Below, in pieces: positions 11,219 through 20,821 of a stretch of DNA of 64,000 bases. Location of the stretch: positions 498,407 through 562,406 of the forward strand of contig CAWHZD010000003.1 of the NCBI GenBank assembly GCA_963833745.1. Reading direction: 5' to 3'. Made by a program: the position numbers and the translations under genes. Source of the stretch: an uncultured Alphaproteobacteria bacterium. GTDB taxonomy: Bacteria; Pseudomonadota; Alphaproteobacteria; ATCC43930; CGMCC-115725. Each line of letters opens with the position of its first letter. Position 1 is the first letter of the stretch. The notes beneath the pieces were generated by a model. It was not told the DNA's origin. It saw nothing but the letters and a program-made list of their open reading frames with translations, and made no database searches.

Positions 11219-11243
11219 CCCTCTCCCCGAAGCGGGGAGAGGG
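11219..11243. repeat. REP-like perfect palindrome CCCTCTCCCCG-AAG-CGGGGAGAGGG
   Basis: An 11-bp perfect stem with a 3-nt loop, 20 nt after the VOC gene stop. Degenerate relatives (CCTCTCCGCCCGC...) occur near 13675 and 15300. There is no U-tract, so it looks like a REP rather than a classical terminator. Confidence 0.5.
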
Positions 11244-11337
11244 CCGAAGCGGAGTGAGCGGCGACTTCGCCCGGCTGGCTCGCCGCTCGCCGGCGTGTCA
11301 TGCTGGTTGCAGCGGAGCGAACGCCAGGAGCCCCTGA

Positions 11338-12054
11338 ATGATCGACCTCTACGCCATGGGCAGCCCAAACGTCGTCAAGATTTACATTGCTCTCGAAGAG
11401 ATGGGACTGCCGTATACCGTGCACCCGGTTGATGTCTTTGGCGAGGCGCAGTTTGATCCCGAATTCCTGCGGCTCAACCCGGTCGCCAAGGTGCCGGTCA
11501 TCACCGATCACGACGCCCCCGGCGGCAAGCCCTACACCCTCTTCGAGTCGGGTGCGATCCTGCAATATCTGGCGGACAAGACCGGCCGGTTCCTGCCCAA
11601 GGATCCGGTCGGGCGCTTCGACGCGTTGCAATGGATGATGGTGCAGATGACGCTCGTCGGCCCAATGTTCGGGCAGTTCGTCCATTTCATGCGCTTTGCC
11701 CCCAAAGGCAATGATTACGCGCTCGACCGCTATCGCACCCAGGCGCGGCGGGCGCTCGAAGTGCTCGACAAGCGGCTTGGCATGGCGCCGTTCCTCGGCG
11801 GCGAGGGCTATTCGATCGCCGACATCGCGACATTCCCTTGGGCGCGCGGGGTCGGCGCCTTTCTCGGCAAGGCGGCGGAAGCCGATTACCCACAGCTGAT
11901 GGCCTGGGTCGCAACCGTCGGCGCCCGGCCGGCGGTGGTGCGGGCATTGGCCAAAGTCGACGAGGTGCGGGCGCAGACGACCCAATTCGACAAGGCCGAT
12001 GCCGGGGCGATGGACCGCCTGTTCGGCCGCGGCAGACACGCGGCGGCAGCCTAG
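11338..12054 (+). CDS. Glutathione S-transferase family protein
   Basis: 238-aa ORF with an N-terminal thioredoxin-like GST domain (VPVI......ESGAILQYLADK) and a C-terminal helical domain. Confidence 0.85.
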   Translation: MIDLYAMGSPNVVKIYIALEEMGLPYTVHPVDVFGEAQFDPEFLRLNPVAKVPVITDHDAPGGKPYTLFESGAILQYLADKTGRFLPKDPVGRFDALQWMMVQMTLVGPMFGQFVHFMRFAPKGNDYALDRYRTQARRALEVLDKRLGMAPFLGGEGYSIADIATFPWARGVGAFLGKAAEADYPQLMAWVATVGARPAVVRALAKVDEVRAQTTQFDKADAGAMDRLFGRGRHAAAA

Positions 12055-12068
12055 CCTTTCGCGCCGCG

Positions 12069-12716
12069 ATGGCCGCGATGGCCGAGAACGCGCTTGGGCT
12101 GCCGCCCGGTGCCTTTGACAGGCTCGACACCGGGGACGACGAAATCTTCTACGAGCCGGCGCGGCTCGTCTGTCATATCGACAGCGGCGCCATCGCCGCG
12201 TTGACCGAGTTCTACCGCACGGTTCTGCTCCCGGGTGGGGTGCTGCTCGACCTGATGTCGAGCTGGGTCAGCCATCTGCCGCCGGAGATCGCCTACAGCG
12301 AAATCATCGGCCACGGCATGAACGCCGAAGAGCTGGCCGCCAACCCCCGCCTCACCCGCCGGTTCGTGCAGAATTTCAACCGCGAGCCAATCCTGCCGTT
12401 GTCGGACCAAAGCATCGACGCAGCGATGATCTGTGTCTCGATCCAGTATCTGCAGCAACCGGTCGAGCTGCTGCGCGAGGTCGCCCGTATCCTCCGTCCC
12501 GGCGGCCCGATTGTGATCGGCTTTTCGAACCGCTGTTTCTGGACCAAGGCGGTGGCGGTGTGGCGGGCGCTCGACGACGACGGCCACGTCAGGCTCGTCA
12601 ACGAATACCTGCGCATCGCCGGGTTTGCCGATATCCAAACCCATCGTCTTGCCCAATGGGTCGAAGATGTCAGCGATCCGATGACCGCGGTGGTCGGTCG
12701 CGCGAGGCAGGTGTAG
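12069..12716 (+). CDS. Class I SAM-dependent methyltransferase
   Basis: Contains GGVLLDLMSSW (SAM motif I-like), ICVSIQYL and LRPGGPIVIGFSN. The start is taken at ATG 12069; the longer ORF from 11838 overlaps the GST gene in an Arg/Gly-rich frame. Confidence 0.8.
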   Translation: MAAMAENALGLPPGAFDRLDTGDDEIFYEPARLVCHIDSGAIAALTEFYRTVLLPGGVLLDLMSSWVSHLPPEIAYSEIIGHGMNAEELAANPRLTRRFVQNFNREPILPLSDQSIDAAMICVSIQYLQQPVELLREVARILRPGGPIVIGFSNRCFWTKAVAVWRALDDDGHVRLVNEYLRIAGFADIQTHRLAQWVEDVSDPMTAVVGRARQV

Positions 12717-12752
12717 GCTCGCGTCACGCGATAGGCATCGAAGGATAGAGCG

Positions 12753-13646
12753 ATGGAACTGGGGACCCTGCTGCCGTGGAGCGATATCGGGGGCGAGCCG
12801 GCCGTCATCCGCGAATACGCGCAGGCGGCGGAATCGATCGGCTATGATTTCCTGGAGGCGCCCGACCATGTGCTGGGCGTCAATGCCGCGAGCCGGCCGG
12901 GCTGGGACCGCAACGACAACAACGATCTGTTCCACGACCCGTTCGTCCTGTTCGGCTATCTCGCCGGCTGCACTACGAAGCTCGGCTTTTCGACCGGTGT
13001 GTTGATCCTGCCGCAGCGCCAGACCGTGCTCGTCGCCAAGCAGGCGGCTTGCCTCGACGTGCTGTCGGGTGGGCGGTTTCGGCTCGGGATCGGGGTCGGC
13101 TGGAACGAGGTCGAGTTCACCGGCCTCAACGAGAATTTTCACAACCGCGGGCGCCGCTCGGAGGAGCAGGTGCAGGTCATGCAGAAATTGTGGGCCGAGC
13201 CGCATGTCAGCTTCAAGGGCCGCTGGCACACGATCGAGGATGCCGGCATCAACCCGCGGCCGCAATCGGGCAAGGTGCCGGTGTGGTTTGGCGGCCACCA
13301 CGATCGCACCTTGGACAGGATCGCCAAATGGGGCGACGGCTGGATGCCGAACGCTTATCCGCCCGGCCCCGAAGCCACCGAAGTGCTGGGCCGGCTGCAT
13401 CGTCTAACCGAGGCCGCCGGCCGCAACCCGGCGCAAATCGGGATCGAGGCCTGGGTGTCGATGGGCTCCGGCAACGAGGCCGACTGGGCGCAGCAGGCGC
13501 GCTTTTGGAAATCGGCGGGCGCCTCGCATATCTGCCTGACGACGACCTTCAACCGCCGCCACCACGAGCGCCTCCCCGGCCACACCCTCTCCGACCACCT
13601 CGCCGCCTTGCGCCGCTACCACGCGGCCGTTGCCGCGGCGCTGTAG
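12753..13646 (+). CDS. LLM-class (luciferase-like) F420/flavin-dependent oxidoreductase
   Basis: 297-aa ORF with YDFLEAPDHVLG, FSTGVLILPQRQTVLVAKQAA.LDVLSGGRFRLGIGVGWN and VPVWFGG. Confidence 0.85.
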   Translation: MELGTLLPWSDIGGEPAVIREYAQAAESIGYDFLEAPDHVLGVNAASRPGWDRNDNNDLFHDPFVLFGYLAGCTTKLGFSTGVLILPQRQTVLVAKQAACLDVLSGGRFRLGIGVGWNEVEFTGLNENFHNRGRRSEEQVQVMQKLWAEPHVSFKGRWHTIEDAGINPRPQSGKVPVWFGGHHDRTLDRIAKWGDGWMPNAYPPGPEATEVLGRLHRLTEAAGRNPAQIGIEAWVSMGSGNEADWAQQARFWKSAGASHICLTTTFNRRHHERLPGHTLSDHLAALRRYHAAVAAAL

Positions 13647-14128
13647 CCGACAGCGGCAAGGGGGGCTTCGCCTCTCCGCCCGCCTGCGGGAAAAGGGGCA
13701 GCGTGCCGTGGGAGGTAATCGCAGAGCGATAGCGCGGATCACCAATTCGACACCGGCACAATGACCGGCACCATCAGCGGCAGCATGCCTTTCCCGAGCC
13801 TTGACCCGGGCAGCCGGGTCTGAGCGGCTGCGCTGCCGGGCGCAGCGATAGTAACCAGCAGTTAAATCGGTGAATATTCTTTGCCCAAAATACAGCAAAT
13901 CTACAGCAGAAATCGTCCGAGGGTTGAATTACCGTCTCCATTTGGCACCCGCCGCGCCGACGCGCGACTGCCGGCCGGCTTCGAACCGCAGTCTGCAGTG
14001 AGAAATGGGCGATTTTATGGATGACTGAAATCGCAAAGAGAGGGAACAGCGCTGCGCGGCCCTACCTCGCGCCGAATCTCGCTCCCGCCAATGCTCGTAC
14101 CGTCCACGCGCCGCAGCAAGCCGGGTGA

Positions 14129-14881
14129 CTACACGTCGGGCCGGGTCAGCAAATGGCCGCAGCCGGCTTTGTTCGCCCAATATTCCCAGGCGCGCCAGGT
14201 CTCGGTCGAATACGGGCTGTAGCCGCGGTTGCGGGCGTCGATCTCGCCCGATGAGAGGTATTTGATAGGGCCGCCCAACTGCTTTGCCTGCATCAGGATG
14301 CGGGCGTTGCGCGGCAGATAGACCGACAGCCGCACCACCTCGATCAGCGAGCGGGCGGCCGCGGCAAAACCGTGCCCGCGCATCAGCGCGGCATTGTTGC
14401 CGCCGAGACATTTTGCAAGATCGCGGCCCTGCGCCAGATTGGTGACGAGCAGGTTGGTCTCGCCGAAATTGTCGGCGATGTCCCAGACCGGCACCTCGGC
14501 GCCGATAAAGCTTCCCGCGTGGATAACCGGCCGCAGCCGTGTCGCACCGGCGACGCCAAAGGCGAGCGTGTCCTCGGCATGGGCGTGCACCACCGCCATT
14601 ATTTCCGGCCGTGCCTCGAAGATCGCGGCGTGGATAAACCGTTCGAGATAGAGCGGGCGCTTCTCGTCGCCCTTCGGCTGGCCGTCGAGACCGAGCTCGA
14701 CGATGTCCTCGGCGGTGACCAGCTCCGGGGCAAGCGAGCGGGCGATAAAAAAGCGCCTCGGATCGTCCGGATGCCGGACGCTGACATGGCCGTAGGCGTC
14801 GACCACCGCTTCCCTGGCGAGGATGCGATTGGCGATCACAAGATCCTGAATAAGGGTGTCGAGGCTGCTGCTCATGGCCAT
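14129..14881 (-). CDS. Class II aldolase/adducin-family protein
   Basis: Contains DAYGHVSVR and the zinc-site region AVVHAHAE. The start is taken at ATG 14881 (MAMSSSLDTL...) rather than 14956. Confidence 0.85.
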   Translation of the reverse strand: MAMSSSLDTLIQDLVIANRILAREAVVDAYGHVSVRHPDDPRRFFIARSLAPELVTAEDIVELGLDGQPKGDEKRPLYLERFIHAAIFEARPEIMAVVHAHAEDTLAFGVAGATRLRPVIHAGSFIGAEVPVWDIADNFGETNLLVTNLAQGRDLAKCLGGNNAALMRGHGFAAAARSLIEVVRLSVYLPRNARILMQAKQLGGPIKYLSSGEIDARNRGYSPYSTETWRAWEYWANKAGCGHLLTRPDV

Positions 14882-15067
14882 GATCCGTAGGAGGTTTCGC
14901 ACCCGGGCACCCCCCATTCGACGCCGCGGGTCGACCGACTTTCGATACCTTACCAAGGGGCACTTTGTCCCAACGGCGGCGCTGCCGCCAGCATGCCATC
15001 ACTCCCCTGCGCCCGGCTCGCGGCCGCGGATGACATTGGCCGATCGTAACCGCTCGGGTTTTGGTGT

Positions 15068-15268
15068 ATGACCCGCCCCGAAATCGGATCGGCGCAGGCG
15101 ATGATCGTCAATCTTAACAAATACCGCAAAAAGCGCGAACGTGCCGAAGAGGAGCGGCGCGCGGTCGAAAACCGGGTCCGCTTCGGGCGCAGCAAAGCGG
15201 CTCGCGCCAAAGACCTGCGCGAGCGCGAGCGGGCCGACAAAAGTATCGAAGACAAACGCCTCGACTAA
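15068..15268 (+). CDS. DUF4169-like small basic protein
   Basis: 66-aa ORF IVNLNKYRKKRERAEEERRAVENRVRFGRSKAARAKDLRERERA. It matches my recollection of the alphaproteobacterial DUF4169 pattern. Confidence 0.65.
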   Translation: MTRPEIGSAQAMIVNLNKYRKKRERAEEERRAVENRVRFGRSKAARAKDLRERERADKSIEDKRLD

Positions 15269-15366
15269 GCGCGACGGCGTCGGTCGTGCACCTGCTCCCC
15301 TCTCCGCCCGCTGTGGGGCGAGAACAAGCGGCCGCCACGGCGCTATAACCCGTCCCGAGAACCGGA

Positions 15367-15444
15367 CGCCTCCCCGGCCACACCCTCTCCGACCACCTCG
15401 CCGCCTTGCGCCGCTATCACTCGGCCGTTGCCGCTGCACTGTAG
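15367..15444 (+). pseudogene. Orphan 3'-terminal remnant of an LLM oxidoreductase gene (a duplicate of 13569-13646)
   Basis: 74 of 78 nt are identical to the last 78 nt of the LLM gene, including the TAG. It translates RLPGHTLSDHLAALRRYHSAVAAAL*. Three of the four differences are synonymous. Confidence 0.75.
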
Positions 15445-15620
15445 TATGCGCTTGCTCGGATTAACGCGATGCAGCCAAAGGGGAGTTGGAGCCTCTCGAT
15501 CCGAACGCTGCTCGTGGTACGCACCTGACGCTTGTCACCCGCGGCGTCCGTCCGTCGCCTTCTCGGCGAAGGAGCTTGTGAAGAAATCAAAATCGGGTCG
15601 CGATGGGGCACAAACTCCCC

Positions 15621-15860
15621 GGTCTTCCCGGCGCAGGCCGGGACCCATCCTTCGGTCGCTCGGGACCTTTCAAGTAGCTGCAATGGCTCGCCCCACGATA
15701 TTGTTCCGTGCCGTGGAGCGATGGGCCCCGGCCGGTGCCGGGGAGGCAAGCGGATGAGCGGCGAGAGATTTTTTCACAATCTCGAAGGCCGGGATCCATG
15801 ACGCCATGGGCACCGGCCGGAGCTTGTCCTCGGGCCGGCCAGTGGCCGGACCCGTGGGCC
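15621..15860. repeat. Intergenic REP-type palindromes (CCCGGC-GCAG-GCCGGG and GGCCGGCC-AGT-GGCCGGACC types)
   Basis: GC-rich palindromes at about 15627-15645 and 15832-15853. They resemble repeat families I recall from Bradyrhizobiaceae genomes. No copy number could be determined from one window. Confidence 0.35.
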
Positions 15861-15947
15861 GGTGAGACAATTTTTTGGGTGTGATCTGTCGGAACTGGTC
15901 CACTGGATCTCGTAACCCAGAATTTGTACGAACGCGGGTGGGCGCTC

Positions 15948-18002
15948 TCAGGCCTCGTCGGGAACGGCTTGTTCGAGTTCGCGAAGCCACACCGCGGCAG
16001 TGGAATCCGACGGCGCGCGCCAGTCGCCGCGCGGCGACAGCGATCCGCCCGATGAAATCTTCGGGCCGTTGGGCAGCGCCGAGCGCTTGAACTGCGACAA
16101 TTGGAAAAAGCGCAATAGGAACACGCCGAGCCAGTGCTTGATTTCAGCAAGGTTGTAGGCGCGGCGGGCGACATCGGGTGTGTTAGCCGGCCATACGCCG
16201 CGCTCGATGTCGGCCCAGGCATTCCACGACAGGTATGCGATCTTGGACGGGCGGAAGCCGTACCGCGTCGTGTAAAACAGGTTGAAGTCCTGCAACGCGT
16301 ATGGGCCGACGACACTCTCGGTCGACTGGATCGCACCGTCCGCACCGGGCGGCACCAGCTCGGGCGAAATCTCGGTCGCCAGAATGGCGTAGAGGATCGG
16401 GGCGGTCTGCGGCCCGAGGTCGCCGGTCGCCGCAACAAATCGGATCAGATGCTGGATCAGGGTCTTGGCGACCGAAGCGTTGGGGTTGTAGTGCGACATC
16501 TGGTCACCAACCCCGTAGGTGCACCAGCCGAGCCCGAGCTCGGACAGATCGCCGGTGCCGACCACCAGCCCGCCATTGTGGTTGGCGAGCCGGAACAAGT
16601 AATCCGTGCGCAGCCCGGCCTGGATGTTTTCAAAGGTTACGTCGTAGCGCGCTTCGCCGGTCGATGCGGCGTGGCCGATATCCTGCAGCATCTGCCGCGC
16701 TGCCGGGCGGATGTCGATCTCGCCGCCGGTGACGCCGAGCGCCTTGATCAGCCGCCAGGCATTGGCCTTGGTCGCCTCGCTGGTCGCAAACCCGGGCAGG
16801 GTATAGGCGAGAATGCCGGTGCGCGGCAGCCCAAGCCGGTCCATTGCTCGCGCCGACACGATTAACGCCTGCGTCGAATCGAGCCCGCCTGACACCCCGA
16901 TCACCAACTTTTTGAGCCCCGTCGCCTGCAGCCGCTGGGCCAGCCCTTGGACCTGGATGTTGTAGGCCTCGTAGCAATTGTCGTTGAGCATCGCCGGGTC
17001 CGCCGGGACATACGGGAAGCGTTCGACATTGCGGCACAGGCCCAGCGCTTCGTGCGGCGGCGAGAAATCAAAGGCGACGGTGCGGTACGGTGGACGCGCC
17101 GCGGCGGTCGCGCGCACGCAATCGCCAAAGGTGTTGGTCCGCATCCGCTCCTGCCGGATGCGGCCGACATCGACATCGGCGGTCGCCATCTCAGCGCTGG
17201 TTGAGAAGCGCTCGGTCTCGGCCAGGCCCTCGCCCAATTCGAAAATACCGGCCTGTCCGTCCCAGGCGAGATCGGTCGTCAACTCGCCGGCGCCGGCGGC
17301 GGAATAGGCGTAGGCGGCGATACAGCGGGACGACTGCGAGGCGCACAACAGTCGCCGCATCTGCGCCTTGCCGATCGTGATGTTGCTGGCCGACAGGTTG
17401 AGCAGGATCTCGGCCCCGGCGAGGGCGGCGGCGGTGCTCGGCGGCTGCGGCACCCAAAGATCTTCGCAAATCTCGACATGAAAGGTGAAACCGGCGTCAC
17501 CGCCCGTGGCAAACAGCAGATCGCCGCCAAACGGCGCCTCGCGACCGGCGACCGTAACGGCCTGTGCTGCGACACCTTCGCCCGAGGTGAAATGGCGGCG
17601 CTCGTAAAACTCCCGATAATTCGGCAGGTAGATCTTGGGTACGACCCCGAGCAGCCGGCCGCGGTGGATCACGATCCCGCAATTATAGAGATGCCCGTGC
17701 ACGCGCAGCGGCGCACCGAGAACGAAAATCGGGAACAATTCTTTGCTGGCGTTTATCAGCCGGTCGATTTCGCTCTCGACGGCGTCGAGCACCGCGTCCT
17801 GAAACAACAGATCATCGATCGCGTAGGCCGACAGGCACAGTTCAGGAAAGACCATCAATCCCACCCGCGCCCGGTCGCCGGCGGCAAGCAACGCCTCGAC
17901 CGCCGCCGCGTTACGCCGGGGCTCGGCTACCGCTACCTGCGGCACGCACGCCCCGAGGCGGATGAACTGGTGCCGATAGGGAGAGAAAAACGAGGACATC
18001 AC
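15948..18002 (-). CDS. nadE: Glutamine-dependent NAD+ synthetase
   Basis: 684-aa ORF. It has an N-terminal CN-hydrolase domain ([14 protein letters not shown]) and a C-terminal synthetase domain with the PP-loop [11 protein letters not shown]. Confidence 0.93.
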   Translation of the reverse strand: MMSSFFSPYRHQFIRLGACVPQVAVAEPRRNAAAVEALLAAGDRARVGLMVFPELCLSAYAIDDLLFQDAVLDAVESEIDRLINASKELFPIFVLGAPLRVHGHLYNCGIVIHRGRLLGVVPKIYLPNYREFYERRHFTSGEGVAAQAVTVAGREAPFGGDLLFATGGDAGFTFHVEICEDLWVPQPPSTAAALAGAEILLNLSASNITIGKAQMRRLLCASQSSRCIAAYAYSAAGAGELTTDLAWDGQAGIFELGEGLAETERFSTSAEMATADVDVGRIRQERMRTNTFGDCVRATAAARPPYRTVAFDFSPPHEALGLCRNVERFPYVPADPAMLNDNCYEAYNIQVQGLAQRLQATGLKKLVIGVSGGLDSTQALIVSARAMDRLGLPRTGILAYTLPGFATSEATKANAWRLIKALGVTGGEIDIRPAARQMLQDIGHAASTGEARYDVTFENIQAGLRTDYLFRLANHNGGLVVGTGDLSELGLGWCTYGVGDQMSHYNPNASVAKTLIQHLIRFVAATGDLGPQTAPILYAILATEISPELVPPGADGAIQSTESVVGPYALQDFNLFYTTRYGFRPSKIAYLSWNAWADIERGVWPANTPDVARRAYNLAEIKHWLGVFLLRFFQLSQFKRSALPNGPKISSGGSLSPRGDWRAPSDSTAAVWLRELEQAVPDEA

Positions 18003-18073
18003 GGCGCTCGAGTGATCGGCTAACCCGGTTAATCTGGGAAATCAAATGCTTTGAGATAAGGGGGTTAGCGATT

Positions 18074-18694
18074 TCATGATCGCGAGCGGCCCGATCGCAC
18101 CAGCGCCCAGGCGACGCCGCCGATCCCAAACAGAATGACGGAGCCGAGCACCAGTATTACGAGATTTTCCGCCCCGATCAGCCTTTCGCCCAATTTGCCG
18201 ACCGCGTCGCCGACGAAGATCAGCATCGGCGCCCAGACGAGGGCGGAGGTCACGTTGGCGATCCAGAACCGGTCGGACGGCATCTGCATGACCCCGGCGG
18301 CAAGGGGGATCACTGCCCGCAGCGGGCCGAAAAACCGACCGATAAACACACTCGGACCGCCATATCTTGCGAAAAAGCGGGTGCCGCGCGGCAACAGCTC
18401 GGGGTTGCGCGTAAATGGCCACATAGTCGCAAGCGCCCGGCCGAACCGGCGGCCGATCCAATACGACACGGTGTCGCCGAGGGTGGCGCCGAGGACCGCC
18501 CCCGCGAGCACCGGGAAATAGGGGAGCGTGCGCGTCGCCATCAACGCCCCGGCGGCGATCAGCAGCGAGGTCCCGGGAAACAGCAGGCTCAAGAATACGA
18601 ACAACTCGCCAAAAGCGGTAACGAATATTACCGCGAAAGCCCACCCGGCATGCGCGGAAATAAAGGCGAGCGTCGGCTGTACCAAGTCTTCCAT
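18074..18694 (-). CDS. DedA/SNARE-associated family membrane protein
   Basis: 206-aa multi-pass membrane ORF with the DedA signature region (FPGTSLLIAAGAL...GATLGDTVSYWIGRRFGR...FFARYGGPSVFIGRF.GPLRAVIPL.AG). Confidence 0.85.
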   Translation of the reverse strand: MEDLVQPTLAFISAHAGWAFAVIFVTAFGELFVFLSLLFPGTSLLIAAGALMATRTLPYFPVLAGAVLGATLGDTVSYWIGRRFGRALATMWPFTRNPELLPRGTRFFARYGGPSVFIGRFFGPLRAVIPLAAGVMQMPSDRFWIANVTSALVWAPMLIFVGDAVGKLGERLIGAENLVILVLGSVILFGIGGVAWALVRSGRSRS

Positions 18695-19020
18695 ACGGGT
18701 TTCAACGGTTGCGCGACGAACACCGGCAAAAAACGGCCGAATCCCGGCCTTGATAGCGCGGTCTTCTTACGGGAGCCTGAGCGTTCTGGCCGAGCCGCCC
18801 CGCCACTTGCCAAAAAATGTCGCGGCAGCCGGCGCGACCGGGGCGGCGAATAGTCGGTGCCGGCCACTCGCGCCGCCTCGGCATCGAGGGGTAAGATCGT
18901 CGCCAGCGGAGAGATGAGCGCCGGCTCGCGGCCTCAAACCGGAAGAGCCCGCTCACCGAAGCCGCTTCCCGCGCCGCGGCCGGATCCTTGCCCGTCCGCT
19001 CGCTCGGACAGGAGCTTCCG

Positions 19021-20814
19021 ATGTTCTGGGTAGTCGTCGCGATCCTGTATTTCGTCCTCGCCGCGGTGGCGCCGAGCATCCTCGGCCTGTTCGTCAGCCG
19101 CACCCGACCGGATTTCGGCACCCTCGCCTTGTCCTTGCGCATCCTGTTTGTGGCGATCGCGCTGACCTGTCTCGCCGCGACTTCTTATGTCCACGTCGAC
19201 GCCGACGAGATCGCGGTGTTGAACAAGATCTACGGCACCGCCTCGCTGCCGGGCGAGCACATCATTGCGATCCACGGCGAAAAAGGGCCGCAGGCCGAAA
19301 TCCTGACCCCGGGCTGGCATCCCTGGTTTTTGGTCAACGTGATCTATCAGGTCGAAAACAAAAAAGTCGTGTCGATTCCGTCCGGCAGATATGGGTTTCT
19401 GAATGCGAAAGACGGGGTGCCGCTGCGCCCCGATCAATACCTCGCCGACGCCTTTGCCGCCGGCCACGAGCTCGACATGCTCGATGCCGAATATTTCCTG
19501 ACCCATGGCGGCGAACGCGGGCCGCAGACGACGGTGTTGACCCCGGGAAATTATCGCCTCAACACCTATCTGTGGGACGTCGACATCAAGGATGCCGTCG
19601 ATATACCAAAGGGTGCGGTCGGCGTGATCAAATCGAACGTCGTCGCCGCGGTGAATTTCGGCAATATGATCGCGCCAAAGCCGAGTTCCAGCGCCTGCCA
19701 GCAAAAGCGGGTGTCGGCGAATGCGAGCGGCCAGGCGGTGCTCGCCGATCAGAAGAGAGAGGACCAGGGTGTCCTGACCGCCATCCTCGTGCCGGTCGGC
19801 TGCATCGGGGTCTGGGAGCAGGCGCTCCAGCCCGGCCGGTATTACGTCAACGAGGCGGCCTACAAGGTCACCATGATCAGCACCCGGGTGCAGACCTGGG
19901 AATTCAAGGGCGGTTATAAAAAGCGATACATCGATCTAAGCCTCGATCAGGCCGGCAATCTGACGCAGTCGCAGCGCTCACAGGACATCGCCGTGCCGGA
20001 GGGCGCTGCCGACCCGGCCGTGACCCCGTTTGTCGAAGGCTGGCTGGTGCCCCTGGAGCTGCGCGTCTTGGCGCAAGTCACTCCCGACAACGCACCCTTT
20101 GTCGTCGCCGCGGTCGGCGGGCTACCCGAAATCGAGAACAACATCATGGTTCCGACGATACGCTCGATCGTGCGCAACGTCGTCGGCGCCACCGGCCGTC
20201 ACGTGCTTGATCTCGCGGACAACCGGGCGGAACTCGAGCATGCGGTCGAACAGGCGATCCGGCCCGAAGGGATGCGCGCCGGCATCATCATCAAGGAGGT
20301 CAAGTTTGGCGACGTGGCGTTGCCTCCCGAGCTGCTGGTCTCGCGGCTGCGCCAGCAATTGGCCGACCAGCTTCAAGTCACCTATCAGCAGGAGCAGAAG
20401 GCGCAAACCCAACGGATCCAGACCGAAAAGGCGCGCGCCACCGCGGAGCAGCAGCACCAGCTGGTCGAGGCGCTGATCGGCGTCCAAGTCGCCGAGCAGA
20501 ACCGCAACGCCGCCCAATTGCGCGGTGAGGGGCAAAAGCTCGAGCTCGAGGAGACCGCACAAGGGCAACGGGCGCAATCCGACGTGCTCGGCCAGGATCG
20601 GGTGCTGACGATCAATCTTGTGCAGCAATTCCTGAAAGCGATTGAGCAAAAGCCGGAGATCGTGTCTCTGATCGGGCGGCTGGTGCCGCAGACGGTGGTG
20701 TCCACCGGCAGCCAGGGCGCCGGCCTCGACAGCGCGGCGGCGATTTTCGGGGCATTGCTCAAAAACAGCGACGCCGCCCCGCCGGCTCTGGCCGGATCCT
20801 CGACCAAAAAGTGA
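19021..20814 (+). CDS. Flotillin-like SPFH/band-7 domain membrane protein
   Basis: N-terminal TM helices, an SPFH-like core (NNIMVPTIRSIVRNVVG, IIIKEVKFGDVALPPEL) and a long Q/A/E-rich coiled coil (QQEQKAQTQRIQTEKARATAEQQHQ...). The start is at ATG 19021, preceded by AGGAG. Confidence 0.8.
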   Translation: MFWVVVAILYFVLAAVAPSILGLFVSRTRPDFGTLALSLRILFVAIALTCLAATSYVHVDADEIAVLNKIYGTASLPGEHIIAIHGEKGPQAEILTPGWHPWFLVNVIYQVENKKVVSIPSGRYGFLNAKDGVPLRPDQYLADAFAAGHELDMLDAEYFLTHGGERGPQTTVLTPGNYRLNTYLWDVDIKDAVDIPKGAVGVIKSNVVAAVNFGNMIAPKPSSSACQQKRVSANASGQAVLADQKREDQGVLTAILVPVGCIGVWEQALQPGRYYVNEAAYKVTMISTRVQTWEFKGGYKKRYIDLSLDQAGNLTQSQRSQDIAVPEGAADPAVTPFVEGWLVPLELRVLAQVTPDNAPFVVAAVGGLPEIENNIMVPTIRSIVRNVVGATGRHVLDLADNRAELEHAVEQAIRPEGMRAGIIIKEVKFGDVALPPELLVSRLRQQLADQLQVTYQQEQKAQTQRIQTEKARATAEQQHQLVEALIGVQVAEQNRNAAQLRGEGQKLELEETAQGQRAQSDVLGQDRVLTINLVQQFLKAIEQKPEIVSLIGRLVPQTVVSTGSQGAGLDSAAAIFGALLKNSDAAPPALAGSSTKK

Positions 20815-20821
20815 TCGGAAG

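Noticed and set aside
13943-13957. A TGGCAC-N8-GC string that resembles a sigma-54 promoter on the plus strand.
   Set aside because: There is no plus-strand gene for more than 1 kb downstream, and the -12 element is poor (CGC instead of TTGC).
18850-18990. A possible cobalamin riboswitch upstream of the SPFH / B12-radical-SAM pair, suggested by a GCCACT string at 18863-18868.
   Set aside because: The other conserved elements, as I recall them, are not present: the GGGAA...GGTG...CCCGC core and the AGCCAGGAGACCTGCC-like B12 box. An isolated hexamer is not evidence.
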